From an uncultured delta proteobacterium (lineage in GTDB: Bacteria > Myxococcota_A > Polyangia > Fen-1088): a stretch of 64,000 nucleotides of DNA. The stretch is taken from assembly GCA_963737265.1 (NCBI GenBank), contig CAVTRY010000021.1, forward strand, positions 96,001-160,000. The letters run 5' to 3'. This document shows, in pieces, positions 20,946 through 33,205 of the stretch. Numbering within the stretch: position 1 is the stretch's first letter; the number at the start of each line of letters is the position of its first letter. Both the position numbers and the translations under genes were made by a program. The notes under the pieces were generated by a model. That model saw only the letters and a program-made list of their open reading frames with translations, made no database searches and was not told where the DNA came from.

Positions 20946-23070
20946 ATGCGAATGAACCACAGCATCGCCGCGGCGACCCTTGTTATCGGATTTATCGCAT
21001 GTTCGAACAACAATGGCGCGCCGCAGACTGCGGGGACTGGCGGAGCAGCCCCTGGCCACGGCGGGGCCTCGGTTCCCTCCGGTGGCAGTACGACGAACGG
21101 TGGAAGTACGGGAATTGATGGCTCGACAGGACGAGGCGGCGCCGCGAACGCGTCCGGCGGTGTTGGCGGCCAAACGTCGACAACCGGAGGCACCACCACC
21201 AGTGGTGGTGGGAGTGGCTCCGGCGGGACCGCAACAAGTCAGAACCAGGATGCCGGTATCGCAAATTGTGTCCTAGGCCTGGCCTGTCCGCAAACTGGCT
21301 TGCAGTGCATGAGCTCATTGGGTCAGTCATGCACGTGCGTCGGACCTCCCGGTGGGGCGTTCCTGACCTGCAATACGATGGGCTCGGGCGGCGCCGGCGG
21401 TGCAAGTAGCGCCGGTGGCACAAGTGGCACCGGTGGAGCCACGAACGCATCGGGTGGCTCGGGCGCGGGAGGCGCCGCGACCGGGGGAGCCGGCGCCACC
21501 GGCGGCGTGGTAGGCCAGGCTTGTGGAGGCTCAGCTCCTTGGGGCACCGGCAATGGCGACGTGCAAATTGTCGTCGACGCCAGCCAAAAAGGCGCGGCTT
21601 GGAGTCGGTTCTACGAGAAAGGCGTTGCCTGCGATCACGCCAACACTCTGCTTAACACGGCCTATGGCCGCAACGCGGCGGCGGCGATCAAGAAGGGTCA
21701 CGACCAGGCAGGTTTCCAGTATGTCCGCTTTCATGGCGTTCTCGACAGTGATATCGGCGTCTACAGCGAGAACAACGGCACGCCGACCTACACTTGGACG
21801 AGATTCGACCAAGTCTACGATGCAATCATCAATGCCGGCATGCACCCGATCGTCGAAATCAGCTTCACGCCACCTCCGTTGGCCAGTTCAACCACCGGAG
21901 GCGCCATTCTCGGCCTTTGGTACAATGGCGTTTCGCCCAACATTTCCACTCCCAAGGATTGGACCAAGTGGGAGAACCTCATGACGGCCATCGTGCAACA
22001 TCTCGAAACCCGCTACACCGCCGCCGACGTTCGCAACAATTGGTTTTTCGAGGTCTGGAACGAACCCTCGTGGATGTATCAAGGCGGCGATGGCGGCTAC
22101 AACGAACTTTACGGCCACACCGTGAAGGGCTTGGTGGCTGGCGATGCGCAAGTCAAGGTTGGCGGTCCGGCCGGATCCGGGGGGGAATCTCCAGGAATGA
22201 TTTCAGGTCTCGTGAGCTATGCGAAAAACAACAATCTGAAGCTCGATTTCGTCTCTTTTCACAGCTATTCCAACGACACCGGCGGCTACGCCAACCCTGG
22301 CGCGATGTTGTCGTTTTACAATTCCATCAGCACCACGATTTCATCGTCGAAATTCACGGGAACTGTCATCAACGACGAATATGGCTCAAGTTACGACGCG
22401 GTAACGAGCCGGGACAACGAGATCGCCGCCAGTTTCATCGCCAAGACGGCCCATCTCATCGGCACGACCAGCAAGGCCGGTCCTCCATTCATGTACGCGT
22501 GGTGGACGATTTCCGACCTATACGAAGAAATCAATACCGGGTCGGCGACGGCTTTTCGCAGTGGCGGCAATTTCGGTCTGCTGCTCAAGGGTGACCCGGC
22601 CATTCCCGTTTCCTTCGACGTTGCCAAGCCGGCCTTCAACGCTTTCCGCCTCTTGCACATGATGGGCGATACCCAGATCGGCACGACCGGTGGAACGACT
22701 GCGGACGGCGTCAACGCCGCCGCGACGATATCGAGCGATGGCAGCGCGGTGCAGATTCTGGTCTATAACCACGTCAGTGGCGTCAACGGCAATTCGTTCG
22801 AGCGCAAGCCAAGTGAAGCTCACTGTCAACAATATTCCCGGATCTGGAAACCTCAACGTTAAGCAATACATGCTCGATCACACGCGCTCCAATGCGTTCA
22901 CGGCGTGGACCTCGATGGGCACGCCCAGTAATCCGTCGCAATCGCAGTGGACGCAGCTCGCCAGCGCCGCTGAACTATGCTACTATCAAACCAGCTCGAC
23001 CGGCACGACATGGACCGCGACGTTCCCTCAAAATGTTTACGGCGTAAGTCTCATCGTCCTTAGCCGCTAG
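20946..23070 (+). CDS. GH39 beta-xylosidase-like lipoprotein with Gly/Thr linker (frameshift near 22797)
   Basis: Lipobox FIAC; YVRFHG, FEVWNEP, VGGP, LDFVSFHSY, WWTISDLYEE, KPAFNAF; one extra T splits NSSSASQVKLTVNN between ORFs 20859..22862 and 22690..23070. Confidence 0.85.
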
Positions 23071-23149
23071 GAAGCACCCCGAAACCCGATGGTTCGCGCG
23101 CTCGCCGGAGAGCGGGCGCGGCCCCCGACTCCCCGGCACTGCACGCCGT

Positions 23150-25841
23150 TCAGCGGCGGTGGAAATCGATGGCGCCCTTCAGTTCGGAAAGACTGAAGGG
23201 TTTGACGAGCAAGCGAATCTCCGAATGCTTGCTGACGATATCCTCGGTCCGGTCGTTCGAGCTTTCCGGTCTCGATAATGACCGGCAGCTGGGGACGTAG
23301 CGCGCGCAAGAGCGGCAGTGTCTTGCTACCATCGAGTACAGGCATGTCGATATCGAGCAGCACGAGATCGACCTCAAGTCCGGCTTCGAGCTTGTTGAGC
23401 GCCGCCCTCCCGTGCTCGGCGATAGTGACGGAATGACCCAACCTGCGTAGCTGGGCCGACACTGCTGTCTGCACCTGGTCGTCGTCGTCCACCAGCAAAA
23501 TCCGCAGTCCACCGGTCGGCTGTACGGCGGTCATGCTGTCGGAACTGCTGTCCGAAGCTGGGGGCGGATGGTGTGCCGCCGGATTGATGGGCAGCCTGAT
23601 CTGGACCTGCGTACCCCGGCCGGGCGCGCTTTGTATCTCAATCTCGCCTTGGTGGGCTCGCACGGCGCCGTAGACCGCGGGCAAGCCCAAGCCGGCGCCC
23701 TTTCTCTGCACCTTGGTGGTGAAGAACGGTTCCATGGCGTGGTCGAGGATCTCCTTGGACATGCCACAACCAGTGTCGTCCACGTCGATTTCGACCTCAT
23801 TTTCCCCGCATCTGCGCGTCCGCACGGTCAGAGCGCCGCCCTGGGGCATGGCCTCCATCGCGTTCGAAAACAGTTGCAGAAAGGCGCCACCGAGCGCGAG
23901 TGCATCTCCTCGCACCGGGGAGAGTCCGGGATCGAGCTCCTTTTCCACTCGGATCGCCGGGTGAAAGGCGTGTTGGAGCAAAAGAAGCTGCTCCACCAGA
24001 ACTTCGTTCAGGTCGAGGACCTTGGCGTCCGCGACGTCCTGACGGGCGAAGTCGAGCAGCCCGCGAACCAAGGTTCGTCCCTTGCGGCAGGCGCGCACGA
24101 TGGTGCCCATGCCCTTGGCCAGGGTTGCGCTATCTGGCGCGCCTTTCTGCATCGCCGTGGCCTGGGTCAGGATGCTGCGGAGCACGTGGCTCATATCGTG
24201 GGCCACGCCGCCGGCGAAGCTTCCCAGGCTCGCCATCTTCTGCGAACGCAGCACCTTGTCTTCCAGTCGCCGCCGCTCGGTCACGTTGTGAACCATGGAG
24301 AAACAGCCGACGATATTCCCCTGCGTGTCCACCCAGGGAGAATTGAACCACTCGCACACGATGCGCTGGCCGTCGCGCGTGCAGTTGTCGTTGACGAGAT
24401 GGTGCTCGAAATCGCAGCCATCGACGACCGCTTTCCACGCCTTCGCCACCGTCGATCGCGCATCCACGGGAACGATCAGCTCGTAGGCGTGCTTGCCTAT
24501 GGCCTCGCTGGCTGGCCAGCCGAATATCCGCTCCGCCGATTCGTTCCATTCCGTCACGCGAAAGTCGGCGTTCCAGGCGATGTATCCCAGCGGCATCCGG
24601 CTGACCTGGAATTTTAGGCGCTGATTGGCCTCCATCGCCAAGGTCAAGCTCCGGCGCAGAGTTTCGTCGGTCTCTTTGCGCTCGGTGATGTCTTGGATGA
24701 CCGACACAAAATTGCCGGTAGGCTGTCCGGGATTGCCAAGCAGCTTGACCTGCAGACTCACCCAGATAATCCGTCCGTCCTTATGAAGGTAGCGCTTCTC
24801 GCAGGTGAGCTCGGCGATTTCGCCAGCCAAAAACTTTTTCAGACCGTCCACGGACTTGGCCAAATCTTCGGGATGAGTGATGTCGCCAAATGTCCGTGCG
24901 CGCAGCTCCTCCTCCGAATAGCCGAGGATTTCACAGAATCGCTGGTTCACGCGGCTGAATTGTCCGGTCTTTATGTTGACCTCGGCCACGCCGACCGCGG
25001 CCTGCTCGAAGATGGCGCGAAAACGGGCCTCGCTTTCGCGCAGGTCCGCCTCGGCCAGCCGCTGATCCGTGACGTCGCGCGCGGTGGCGTACACCAGGTC
25101 GTCGCGCGCGGTCGCGCGCCATTCGAGGAAACGAAAATTTCCGCTGCGCTGACGGGCGCGATTGACGAAAGCGACGACTTCATGGGGCGTACGCATCCGG
25201 GCAAGCGCACCCATCGTCGATTCCAGGTCGCCTGGGTGGACGAAATCCAGAATCCGAGCGCCGTCGAGCTTGTCGGCATCGTAGCCAAGAAGCCTCTCCC
25301 ACGCGGGATTGAAACGGACCACGCGACCTTCGCTGTTGAGAATCAGAAGCAGGTCCGCGTTGGTGTCGAAGAACGCATCGAGTTGGTCGAGATGGTGCCG
25401 AAGATCGTCCTGGGCCCGCCGGCCCAGCGTGACATCGCCGTACGTGGTGATGACCCCGAGGCCCGGCACGGGCATGGCGGCAACACTCAGCCAGGTTGTC
25501 TCTCCGTCGAGATCAACCACTCCGATCTGCTCCTCGACGATCCCACGCTTTTCACGTAGCGCGCGCGTTTGGGGCAGCTCGGTCGCCGGCAGAGCGGTCC
25601 CGTCCGCTCGAACGAACGAGCGCGATGGCATCTTGGCCCCGTTTGGGTGCACGTCGGGCTGTCCAAATCCGGGCAGAGTGCGCGCCGTCGCGCTGGTCTC
25701 CATGACTTGGCCATTCTCGTCGGTTACGACGACTCCCAGTTTCATGAGCTCAAACAGATCGCAGGCCACATCCGCGAGTCGTCCTGCGGTCGCATCGCGC
25801 GACGGTTTAGGAGAGACTGGCCGAGGCATGTACCGTTCCAT
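23150..25841 (-). CDS. Multi-PAS hybrid histidine kinase with REC (frameshift near 23215)
   Basis: Four PAS-like domains, GGVAHDM, N/G boxes (EPFFTTK..GAGLGL), REC LLVDDD/LDIDMP; the KPF end of REC lies in ORF 23150..23512. Confidence 0.85.
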
Positions 25842-27627
25842 TGAGAGGCTGGGCGAATTCTTCCAAGCACCCGCGCAGTCGTTCCACGCGGATCGGTTTC
25901 GACAAGTAGCCGGTCATGCCGGCTTGGAGACAGCGTTCGGCATCGCCGCGCATGGCGTGCGCGGTAAGCGCGACGATGGGAACCCGCCCGCGCCGCCGAA
26001 CGGCCGGGTCGGGATGCTCCGCCAGCGCGCGAATCTCGCGCGTTGCCGCCAGACCATCCATGCCGGGCATCTGCACGTCCATGAATACGATGTCGAAATC
26101 CTGTTCGCACGCGGCGGCCACCGCGGCCGCGCCTTCGGCGGCCTCGACCACGCAATGGCCTTCCCGCGACAAGATGCCCGCCAGGAGCATGCTGCTCGTG
26201 GGATCGTCCTCGACCAAGAGCACGTGCATGGCCGCCACCGGCGCCGCTGCCGCCATCGATCCCGTGGTTCGATTTTTGCGTGCCGCAAGCTTGCGAAAGA
26301 ATACCGTAAACGTGAACGCGCTTCCCTGGCCCGGCTCGCTCTTGACCGAAATTTCGCCGCCCAGCTTTTCCACCAGTCGGCGGCAAATGGTCAGCCCCAG
26401 GCCAGTGCCGCCGTATTTTCTGACGGTAGACGTCTCGGCTTGGACGAACGGCTCGAAGATGGCCTCCTGCCGCGACCGAGGAATGCCGATGCCAGTGTCG
26501 GTCACCACGAAACGAAACCCGCTGCGCTGGTCGCGCGTATCGGACAGACATTCCACCCGAACGCCGACGGATCCTTGCGTGGTGAACTTGATGCTGTTGG
26601 ACAACAGGTTGAGCAGCACCTGGCGCAGGCGCAGGGAATCGCCGCGCAGGTCGTCGGGCACGTCCTCGGCAATCGTGCTGTGCATGGCGAGTCCCTTCTG
26701 CTGCGCGCGCAGGGTGACCTGAGCCAGGGTGCTGGCCACGGCCTCGCGCAAGTGAAACGGTTCGTCGATGAAACCCATGCGATCGGCCTCGATGCGGGCG
26801 AGATCGAGGATGTCGTCGATGATGCGCAACAAGTCCTGGCTGCGGCCCTTGACGATGTCGAGATGCTGGCGCTGCTCGTCGCTAAGCTTGGTCTCAAGGA
26901 CGAGATCGGTGAAACCCATGATGGCATTCATGGGCGTGCGGATTTCGTGGCTCATGTTGGCCAAAAATTCGCTCTTGGCGCGATTGGCGGCCTCCGCGCG
27001 CTCCTTTGCCTCCCTTAGCTCACGCGCCCCACGCTGGCGTGCCAGCCAGATGCCGATGACCGAGCCCAGCCCTTCGAGAAAGACCATGGCACTTGGGGTG
27101 AAGCGATTGGGGCGCGAATCCGCCAGGTGGAGCAGCCCCAGCGTCTCGGCGCCGCTGCGCAGCGGGATGGAGGCAATCGACAAATAGCCGTCGCGCACGC
27201 AAGTTCTGTCCGTCAGCATGGCCGCGAATTTCCCGACCAGAGCCACGGTTTCCGGGTAGTTGTTGCTCCAGAAGCTCCCGCCTGGGGTGAAACATGGCAA
27301 ATCGCGGTCCACCTCGCCGCGCAGGATGTGGCCGCACAAACAACGGCCGCCCTGCAGCGCGGGCTCGCACGCATGGCGATCCGCGCCGACGAACATGCCA
27401 TGCCTGCCATCGATCTCGAACAGCGGAAAAACACCGTCCCGCCGCAACCGAATACAAACGGAGTCGACCGCCAGCGAACGCCGCAGCTCGTTGAGAATGG
27501 CTTGGACTTCCTCGCTTTCCAGGCCGGCGGGCTGATTCAAAATCGCCAGCAGACGCAGGGTAAGGTCGTGGCGCTGGTCGATGGATTCCCCCAACCATCC
27601 TGTTGCCTCTGTCATCTTGTCGGCCAT
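25807..27627 (-). CDS. GAF-HisKA-HATPase-REC hybrid kinase
   Basis: [43 protein letters not shown]; Cys-containing GAF at N-terminus. Confidence 0.9.
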   Translation of the reverse strand: MADKMTEATGWLGESIDQRHDLTLRLLAILNQPAGLESEEVQAILNELRRSLAVDSVCIRLRRDGVFPLFEIDGRHGMFVGADRHACEPALQGGRCLCGHILRGEVDRDLPCFTPGGSFWSNNYPETVALVGKFAAMLTDRTCVRDGYLSIASIPLRSGAETLGLLHLADSRPNRFTPSAMVFLEGLGSVIGIWLARQRGARELREAKERAEAANRAKSEFLANMSHEIRTPMNAIMGFTDLVLETKLSDEQRQHLDIVKGRSQDLLRIIDDILDLARIEADRMGFIDEPFHLREAVASTLAQVTLRAQQKGLAMHSTIAEDVPDDLRGDSLRLRQVLLNLLSNSIKFTTQGSVGVRVECLSDTRDQRSGFRFVVTDTGIGIPRSRQEAIFEPFVQAETSTVRKYGGTGLGLTICRRLVEKLGGEISVKSEPGQGSAFTFTVFFRKLAARKNRTTGSMAAAAPVAAMHVLLVEDDPTSSMLLAGILSREGHCVVEAAEGAAAVAAACEQDFDIVFMDVQMPGMDGLAATREIRALAEHPDPAVRRRGRVPIVALTAHAMRGDAERCLQAGMTGYLSKPIRVERLRGCLEEFAQPLNGTVHASASLS

Positions 27628-27765
27628 GCCTCGGTTCCCAGTGCGCAAGAACTGCCACGCGCGAAAACGCGTCCAGCGCAAGGTTCATCGGTGGTCCCGT
27701 CCGGTCACTTGAGGTCGGCATGCTTGGCAGTTGACTGTCGACCTTCGACTTCCCATGATGCCTGC

Positions 27766-29463
27766 GTGTCGTACCTAGTCCTCGCGCGAAAATACCGGCC
27801 GCAGCGCTTCGACGATCTCGTCGGGCAGGAGCATGTCGCCCGCACCCTGACCAACGCCATCGCGCTCGACCGCGTTCACCACGCGTTTCTGTTCACCGGC
27901 GCGCGCGGCATCGGCAAGACCAGCGCCGCGCGCATCCTGGCCAAGGCGCTGTGCTGCGAGAAAGGCCCGACCGCGACCCCGTGCGGCGTCTGCGCCATCT
28001 GCCAATCCGTCGCCAGCGGCCAGTCGGTCGACGTGCTCGAAATCGACGGCGCCTCCAACACCGGCGTGGACGACGTGCGCACCTTGCGCGAAGGCGTGCG
28101 CTACTTGCCGGCCGAGGCGCGCAAGAAGGTCTACATCATCGACGAGGTTCACATGCTCTCCACCAGCGCCTTCAACGCGCTCTTGAAGACACTGGAAGAG
28201 CCGCCCGCCCACGTGGTGTTCATCTTCGCCACCACCGAGGTGCACAAGATCCCGGCGACCATTCTATCGCGCTGCCAGCGCTACGACTTCAAGCTGCTGT
28301 CCACCAACGCGCTGACGGCCCACCTAGCCCATGTTCTTGCCGCCGAAAATATCGACTGCGAGCCCGAGGCCGTGCGCTTGGTGGCGCGCGAGGCGGCCGG
28401 CTCGGTACGCGACGGACTGTCGCTGCTCGACCAGGTTTTGGCCTACGTTGGCAGGGAAAAAGTCACACGCGAGCGAGTAGCCGAAGTGCTGGGTGTCGCG
28501 GATCGCACGCTGCTCTTTCACCTGGCCGGCGCGGTCCTCGGCCGCGAAGTCGCCACCGCACTGCGCGCCCTGGCCGATGCCGTGGATCGCGGCGTAGATC
28601 TGGTTCAGCTTGCGCGCGGTTTTTTGGGTCTTCTGCACGACCTCGAAATCGCCGCTCTGGTTGCAGACGCGGCGGACTTGATCGATGCCACGCCCGAGGA
28701 AATCGCCGATGCCCGCAAGCTCACCGAGAAGACCCCGCGCGGCCTAGTGACCTCGCTGTTCGAGCGCTGGGCGCGCGCCGTGGAAGATGCCGCGCGCTCG
28801 CAAACCCCACGCCTCATCATCGAGATGGCGCTCGTCGACCTGTGCTTCGCGGAACCGCTGCTGCCACTCGGCGACCTTCTCGAACGCTTGGAGAAGCTGG
28901 AGGGCCGACTGGGTTCTTCGGCCCCCGCGCCGTCGGCCCCGCGCGCAGGCGAGGCGCGACCACGCCTGGCCGTCGTTCCCAAGACGCCAGTTGCGGCGCC
29001 GCCGCCTTCGACTGCGGCTGCGCCGACGGCCTCGGCCACGGCCATTCCCGTTGCGGCGCTGGCGCCGGAATCGGACATCGCCGGGGTGTGGCGCCGGGTG
29101 CGCGAGTCGTTCGGGCATCGGCCCTCGCTTGCCGCTGCCCTCGATCACGCCGAGGTGGCCGGCTGGGAAGGCGGGATGGTGTCGCTGCTTTTCGACCAGA
29201 AGTTCGCGCTCGACCAGACGGCGAAGAGCAAGGTGGAAATCGAACGCGTGCTGTCCCAGATTACCGGCTCCCAGACCCACATCGCGCTCCAGGTTGGCTC
29301 CGCCCGAAGCGCCAAGACGCTGGTCCGCTCCGAGGTGGGACGCGAGGCGGAGGCGGCCGATATCGAACAGCGCCAGCGCGAGAGCGAAGCGCGCCAACAC
29401 CCGATGATCCGCAAAGCCCAGGAGCTTTTTGCCACGACGCCGAAGGAGATTAAAACCCAATGA
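27766..29463 (+). CDS. dnaX: DNA polymerase III gamma/tau
   Basis: SYLVLARKYRPQ.F, GARGIGKT, Zn-finger Cys, IIDEVHML, ILSRCQ. Confidence 0.96.
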   Translation: MSYLVLARKYRPQRFDDLVGQEHVARTLTNAIALDRVHHAFLFTGARGIGKTSAARILAKALCCEKGPTATPCGVCAICQSVASGQSVDVLEIDGASNTGVDDVRTLREGVRYLPAEARKKVYIIDEVHMLSTSAFNALLKTLEEPPAHVVFIFATTEVHKIPATILSRCQRYDFKLLSTNALTAHLAHVLAAENIDCEPEAVRLVAREAAGSVRDGLSLLDQVLAYVGREKVTRERVAEVLGVADRTLLFHLAGAVLGREVATALRALADAVDRGVDLVQLARGFLGLLHDLEIAALVADAADLIDATPEEIADARKLTEKTPRGLVTSLFERWARAVEDAARSQTPRLIIEMALVDLCFAEPLLPLGDLLERLEKLEGRLGSSAPAPSAPRAGEARPRLAVVPKTPVAAPPPSTAAAPTASATAIPVAALAPESDIAGVWRRVRESFGHRPSLAAALDHAEVAGWEGGMVSLLFDQKFALDQTAKSKVEIERVLSQITGSQTHIALQVGSARSAKTLVRSEVGREAEAADIEQRQRESEARQHPMIRKAQELFATTPKEIKTQ

Positions 29464-29789
29464 CCGATGGACCCAACCTGCGCGGCTTGATGGACACCTG
29501 GCAACGCCTGCAAGGCGAGGTGACGCGAGTCCGCGACGAGCTCGGCGGAAAGACCGTCAGCGGCGAAACCGGAGGCGGCATGGTGCGCGCCGTGGCCAGC
29601 GGCCGGGGTGAGCTGGTGTCGGTCACCATCGACCCAGCGCTTGTCCCCGGCGGAGAAACCAAGATGATCGAGGATCTGGTGGTGGGCGCCGTGAACCTCG
29701 CCCTCGAGCGCGCGCAGAAGCTTGCCCAAGACGACATCACCCGCGCCACCGCCGGGCTGCCCATGCCCACCGACATGGCCGAGGAATAG
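29460..29789 (+). CDS. ybaB: YbaB/EbfC nucleoid-associated protein
   Basis: GGGMV...IDP...MIEDLV.GAVN.A; sits between dnaX and recR. Confidence 0.92.
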   Translation: MTDGPNLRGLMDTWQRLQGEVTRVRDELGGKTVSGETGGGMVRAVASGRGELVSVTIDPALVPGGETKMIEDLVVGAVNLALERAQKLAQDDITRATAGLPMPTDMAEE

Positions 29790-29798
29790 CCGCCCGCC

Positions 29799-30395
29799 AT
29801 GAGCAGCGCTGGACCCATCGCGCGCCTGGTATGCGAGCTGGCCAAGCTGCCCGGAGTGGGGGAAAAAACCGCCGCTCGCCTGGCCTTTCACATTCTGCGC
29901 GCGCCGGAGAAAGACGCGGACGCGCTGGCGGCGGCGATCGGCGAGCTACGCGCCAAGATCAGACTTTGCAGCACGTGCTGGGACTTCACCGAAGACGATC
30001 CCTGCTCTATCTGCGGCGACCAGCGGCGCGAGATCAGCCTGCTGTGCGTGGTGGCTCACCCGCAGGACGTGATCGCCATCGAGCGCACGGGTGGCTACCG
30101 CGGGCGCTACCACGTCCTGCACGGCGTGCTCTCGCCCCTCGATGGCATCGGCCCCGACGATCTTCGCATCGCCGAATTGGTCAAGCGCTGCGCTGGCGAC
30201 ACCGTCCGCGAGGTCATCGTGGCGACCAATCCCAGCGTGGAGGGAGAAACGACGGCGATTTACCTCGCCAAGCTGATTCGCCCGCTCGGGGTGCGCATGA
30301 GCCGTATCGCCACCGGCGTGCCCATGGGCGGCGAGCTGGAATACGCCGACCGCCTGACACTGGCTCGCGCCATCGATGGACGGCGCGAGCTGTAG
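29799..30395 (+). CDS. recR: Recombination mediator RecR
   Basis: LPGVGEKTA.RLAF, C4 Zn finger, YHVLHG, EGETTA, GGELEYAD. Confidence 0.96.
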   Translation: MSSAGPIARLVCELAKLPGVGEKTAARLAFHILRAPEKDADALAAAIGELRAKIRLCSTCWDFTEDDPCSICGDQRREISLLCVVAHPQDVIAIERTGGYRGRYHVLHGVLSPLDGIGPDDLRIAELVKRCAGDTVREVIVATNPSVEGETTAIYLAKLIRPLGVRMSRIATGVPMGGELEYADRLTLARAIDGRREL

Positions 30396-30663
30396 GGTCC
30401 CGCTGACTTGCCGCGCCATCAAGCCCTGGCGGCTTCCTGTCGTATTCTTTTCGTCGTGACTTGTCGGCATCCTTTTCGCCATCCCTTTTCATCGCGACCG
30501 TGTGTGACCAGCGAAAAACTGTTAAGCTACCTGCCACTAGAGAGTTCTGCCCAGTGAAGCCCCTTCCCCAACTTCTTTCCCAAACTGCAAGTCGCCGCCG
30601 GCCAGTGCCGACCACACCACCAGCGATAGCCGCAATCGCGCATCCAGGAGACAGAAGAGCCAG

Positions 30664-31143
30664 ATGAGTGGCCCCGAGGTCATGTTCCCCGAAGAGCAGA
30701 AGCAGATTGCCATCGTCTGCCAGCGGCTCCATCGGGATTCCAATGCCAAAGCCGTCCTTCTCATCGGCCGCGACGGCCAGCCCATCGCCGAGGCCGGGGA
30801 GGTCGGGGAAATCGACGTCACTTCGCTGTCGTCGCTCACCGCGGGCAACGTGGCGGCCACCGGCGGAATCTCGAAGATTTTGCGCGAGAAGGATTTCACC
30901 AGCCAATTTCACGAGGGCGAGAAGACGCACGTTCACATCACGCTGGTCGCCGGGCGCGCGATTCTCGTCGTGCTGTTCGACGAGCGTTCGTCGCTGGGGC
31001 TGGTGCGCTTGCGCGTGCGGCGGGCCACGGAAGAGATGGCTCGCCTGTTCGAGCAGGTCGCCCGCAAGGCTGCCTCGCAAACCGGACCGTCTATCCTGAA
31101 CGAAATCACCGACGCCGACATCGACAAACTTTTCAACGATTGA
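30664..31143 (+). CDS. mglB: MglB roadblock GTPase-activating protein
   Basis: TSLSSLTAGNVAATGG, QFHEGE, SSLGLVRLRV, EITDADID.LF. Confidence 0.93.
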   Translation: MSGPEVMFPEEQKQIAIVCQRLHRDSNAKAVLLIGRDGQPIAEAGEVGEIDVTSLSSLTAGNVAATGGISKILREKDFTSQFHEGEKTHVHITLVAGRAILVVLFDERSSLGLVRLRVRRATEEMARLFEQVARKAASQTGPSILNEITDADIDKLFND

Positions 31144-31155
31144 GTCCCGCGCTCG

Positions 31156-31749
31156 ATGAGCTTCATCAACTACTCTTCCCGCGAAATAAACTGCAAGCTG
31201 GTTTACTACGGACCGGGGCTCGGTGGGAAAACCACCAATTTGCAGTTCATCTACGCGCGCACCAGTCCCGAGGCCAAGGGCAAGATGATTTCGCTCGCCA
31301 CCGAAACCGAGCGCACCCTGTTCTTCGACTTCCTGCCGCTCTCGCTCGGGGAAATCCGCGGGTTCAAGACGCGCTTCCACCTCTACACCGTGCCTGGGCA
31401 AGTCTTCTACGACGCCAGCCGCAAGCTCATCCTCAAGGGCGTGGACGGCGTGGTATTCGTGGCCGATTCGCAGAACGAGCGCATGGAAGCGAACATCGAG
31501 TCGCTGGAAAACCTGCGCCAGAACCTCATCGAGCAGGGCTACAACCTCGACAAGCTTCCCTACATCGTCCAGTACAACAAGCGCGATCTGCCCAACGCCG
31601 CACCCTTGGACGAACTACGCCAGTTGCTCAACCCCAGCCATTCGCCGGAGTTCGAAGCCTGCGCCACGACCGGCGTCGGGGTCTTTGAAACACTGAAGGC
31701 CATCGCCAAGGCCGTGCTCACCGAGCTGAAGCGCGGCGGCGGCGGCTAA
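31156..31749 (+). CDS. mglA: Small GTPase MglA
   Basis: MSFINYSSREINCK.VYYGPGL.GKTTNL, RTLFFDF, TVPGQVFY, NKRD. Confidence 0.97.
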   Translation: MSFINYSSREINCKLVYYGPGLGGKTTNLQFIYARTSPEAKGKMISLATETERTLFFDFLPLSLGEIRGFKTRFHLYTVPGQVFYDASRKLILKGVDGVVFVADSQNERMEANIESLENLRQNLIEQGYNLDKLPYIVQYNKRDLPNAAPLDELRQLLNPSHSPEFEACATTGVGVFETLKAIAKAVLTELKRGGGG

Positions 31750-31771
31750 CGGCCGGGCGGAACTAGCGTCC

Positions 31772-33205
31772 ATGGCAAAAGTCGCCGCGGCTGTTGCCTG
31801 TCTTCTTCTTGCGTTGGGAATCCCGGCGCGAGCAGCGTCCCCGGACGACGAAACCCTGAACAAGGTTGTAAAGCTCAACGAGAAGGCTCTGGCGGCGTAC
31901 GCCAATCAGGACGCGGACGCCGCCATCGCCCTCCTCGGGCAAGCCCTCGACCTGTGCAAGCTTGAGCACCTCGAAACGCACCCGACCGCCGCCCGTACCC
32001 ACATTCATCTCGGCGTCGTCCTTGTGAGCGGAATCAGAAAACGCGCGCAGGGTCTCATCGAATTCCGCAAGGCCATCGCCATCGATCCAAGAATCAAGAT
32101 CACGAAGTCGCTCATCGACCCCGAAGTCCAAGGGGCTTTCGAGGAAGCCCTGATCGTGGGCGGCGTCCCGGTGGGCGATCCGGCTGCCCCATCGCTGCCG
32201 ACAGCCCAAGCAACGACGGTTCTGGACGAACCCGCGATCGCGCACGGACCTGCCATCCACGGAATCAACCATCCGCCGGTCACGGAGGGCACCCGCGGCC
32301 GAGCCGTGGAAATCAAGGCGCAGGTTCCAGCGGGGCTAGGCGCAAGCAGGGTGATGCTAGCCTACCGCGCGGGTGACACCGCCGAATTCCTGGCGCGCGA
32401 GATGACGCCCGTGGAGGGCGCGGCGAGTTGGTACCACGAATACATCCCGGCAGAGGCCACGCAGGGCACACGCGCGGCGTATTACATCGAGGCTCGCAAT
32501 GCCGACGACGAGGTAATCGCGCGCAGCGGGGCCGACGACGCTGCCCATTTCATCGCACTCGGTCCGGAAACCTCGTCCGACAGCGGCGACAGCTCCAAGG
32601 CCGGCAGTGAGGGTGCCAAGCCCCGCAACGAGGGCGATCCCGGGTTGTGGTTCGTGCTGGCGGTGGGTGGCGGCGGCGGCTACTCGTCGGGATCGCCGGA
32701 AGCGAATCCTCAAGATGGCGGCACGCCGCCCAAGGACATCAGGGTCTCCGGTTTTACCTTCGCCCGATTGCTTCACGTCGCACCCGAGATCGGATACTTC
32801 CAGAATGAGAATCTGATCGTCTCGGCCCAGGGACGGTTCCAGTATGTGCCCGGTGCCGAGACCATCGAGGTCGGGCAAAAAATCCAGCAGCCGTCGCGCT
32901 GGGGCGCCGCCGGTCTTATCAAGGTGACCCGGCTCATGGCACGAGCGGGTGGCCGATTCCGGCCCTTCCTTTCGGCACAAGCTGGCGCCGGCCAGATCCG
33001 CCACAGCGTCACCGTCGCCTGCACCGTCAGCACGACCTGCCAAGACACCGTGTCGGGCGGCCTGGGTCTGGCGGGCATGGGTGCGGGCTTCACATACCGC
33101 TTGCGGGACGGAGTCTCTCTTTACGCGGCATTCAGCGTTCTGGTCGGCATGCCGAACGTGATGGTAAACGGCGACCTGAATATGGGTGTCGCGGTCATCC
33201 GATAG
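31772..33205 (+). CDS. Secreted TPR-like protein with probable C-terminal beta-barrel
   Basis: Signal peptide, helical TPR-like N-terminus, Ig-like YYIEA segment, alternating beta-strand C-terminus. Confidence 0.55.
   Translation: MAKVAAAVACLLLALGIPARAASPDDETLNKVVKLNEKALAAYANQDADAAIALLGQALDLCKLEHLETHPTAARTHIHLGVVLVSGIRKRAQGLIEFRKAIAIDPRIKITKSLIDPEVQGAFEEALIVGGVPVGDPAAPSLPTAQATTVLDEPAIAHGPAIHGINHPPVTEGTRGRAVEIKAQVPAGLGASRVMLAYRAGDTAEFLAREMTPVEGAASWYHEYIPAEATQGTRAAYYIEARNADDEVIARSGADDAAHFIALGPETSSDSGDSSKAGSEGAKPRNEGDPGLWFVLAVGGGGGYSSGSPEANPQDGGTPPKDIRVSGFTFARLLHVAPEIGYFQNENLIVSAQGRFQYVPGAETIEVGQKIQQPSRWGAAGLIKVTRLMARAGGRFRPFLSAQAGAGQIRHSVTVACTVSTTCQDTVSGGLGLAGMGAGFTYRLRDGVSLYAAFSVLVGMPNVMVNGDLNMGVAVIR

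Noticed and set aside
27127-27765. N-terminal extension of DnaX (similarly 59418 kelch, 46772 ArnT, 39024 lipoprotein ORF starts)
   Set aside because: Overlaps neighbouring genes; conserved N-termini or signal peptides begin at the downstream starts.
28900-29100. Programmed frameshift producing the DnaX gamma subunit
   Set aside because: No A-AAA-AAG or poly-A slippery site seen.
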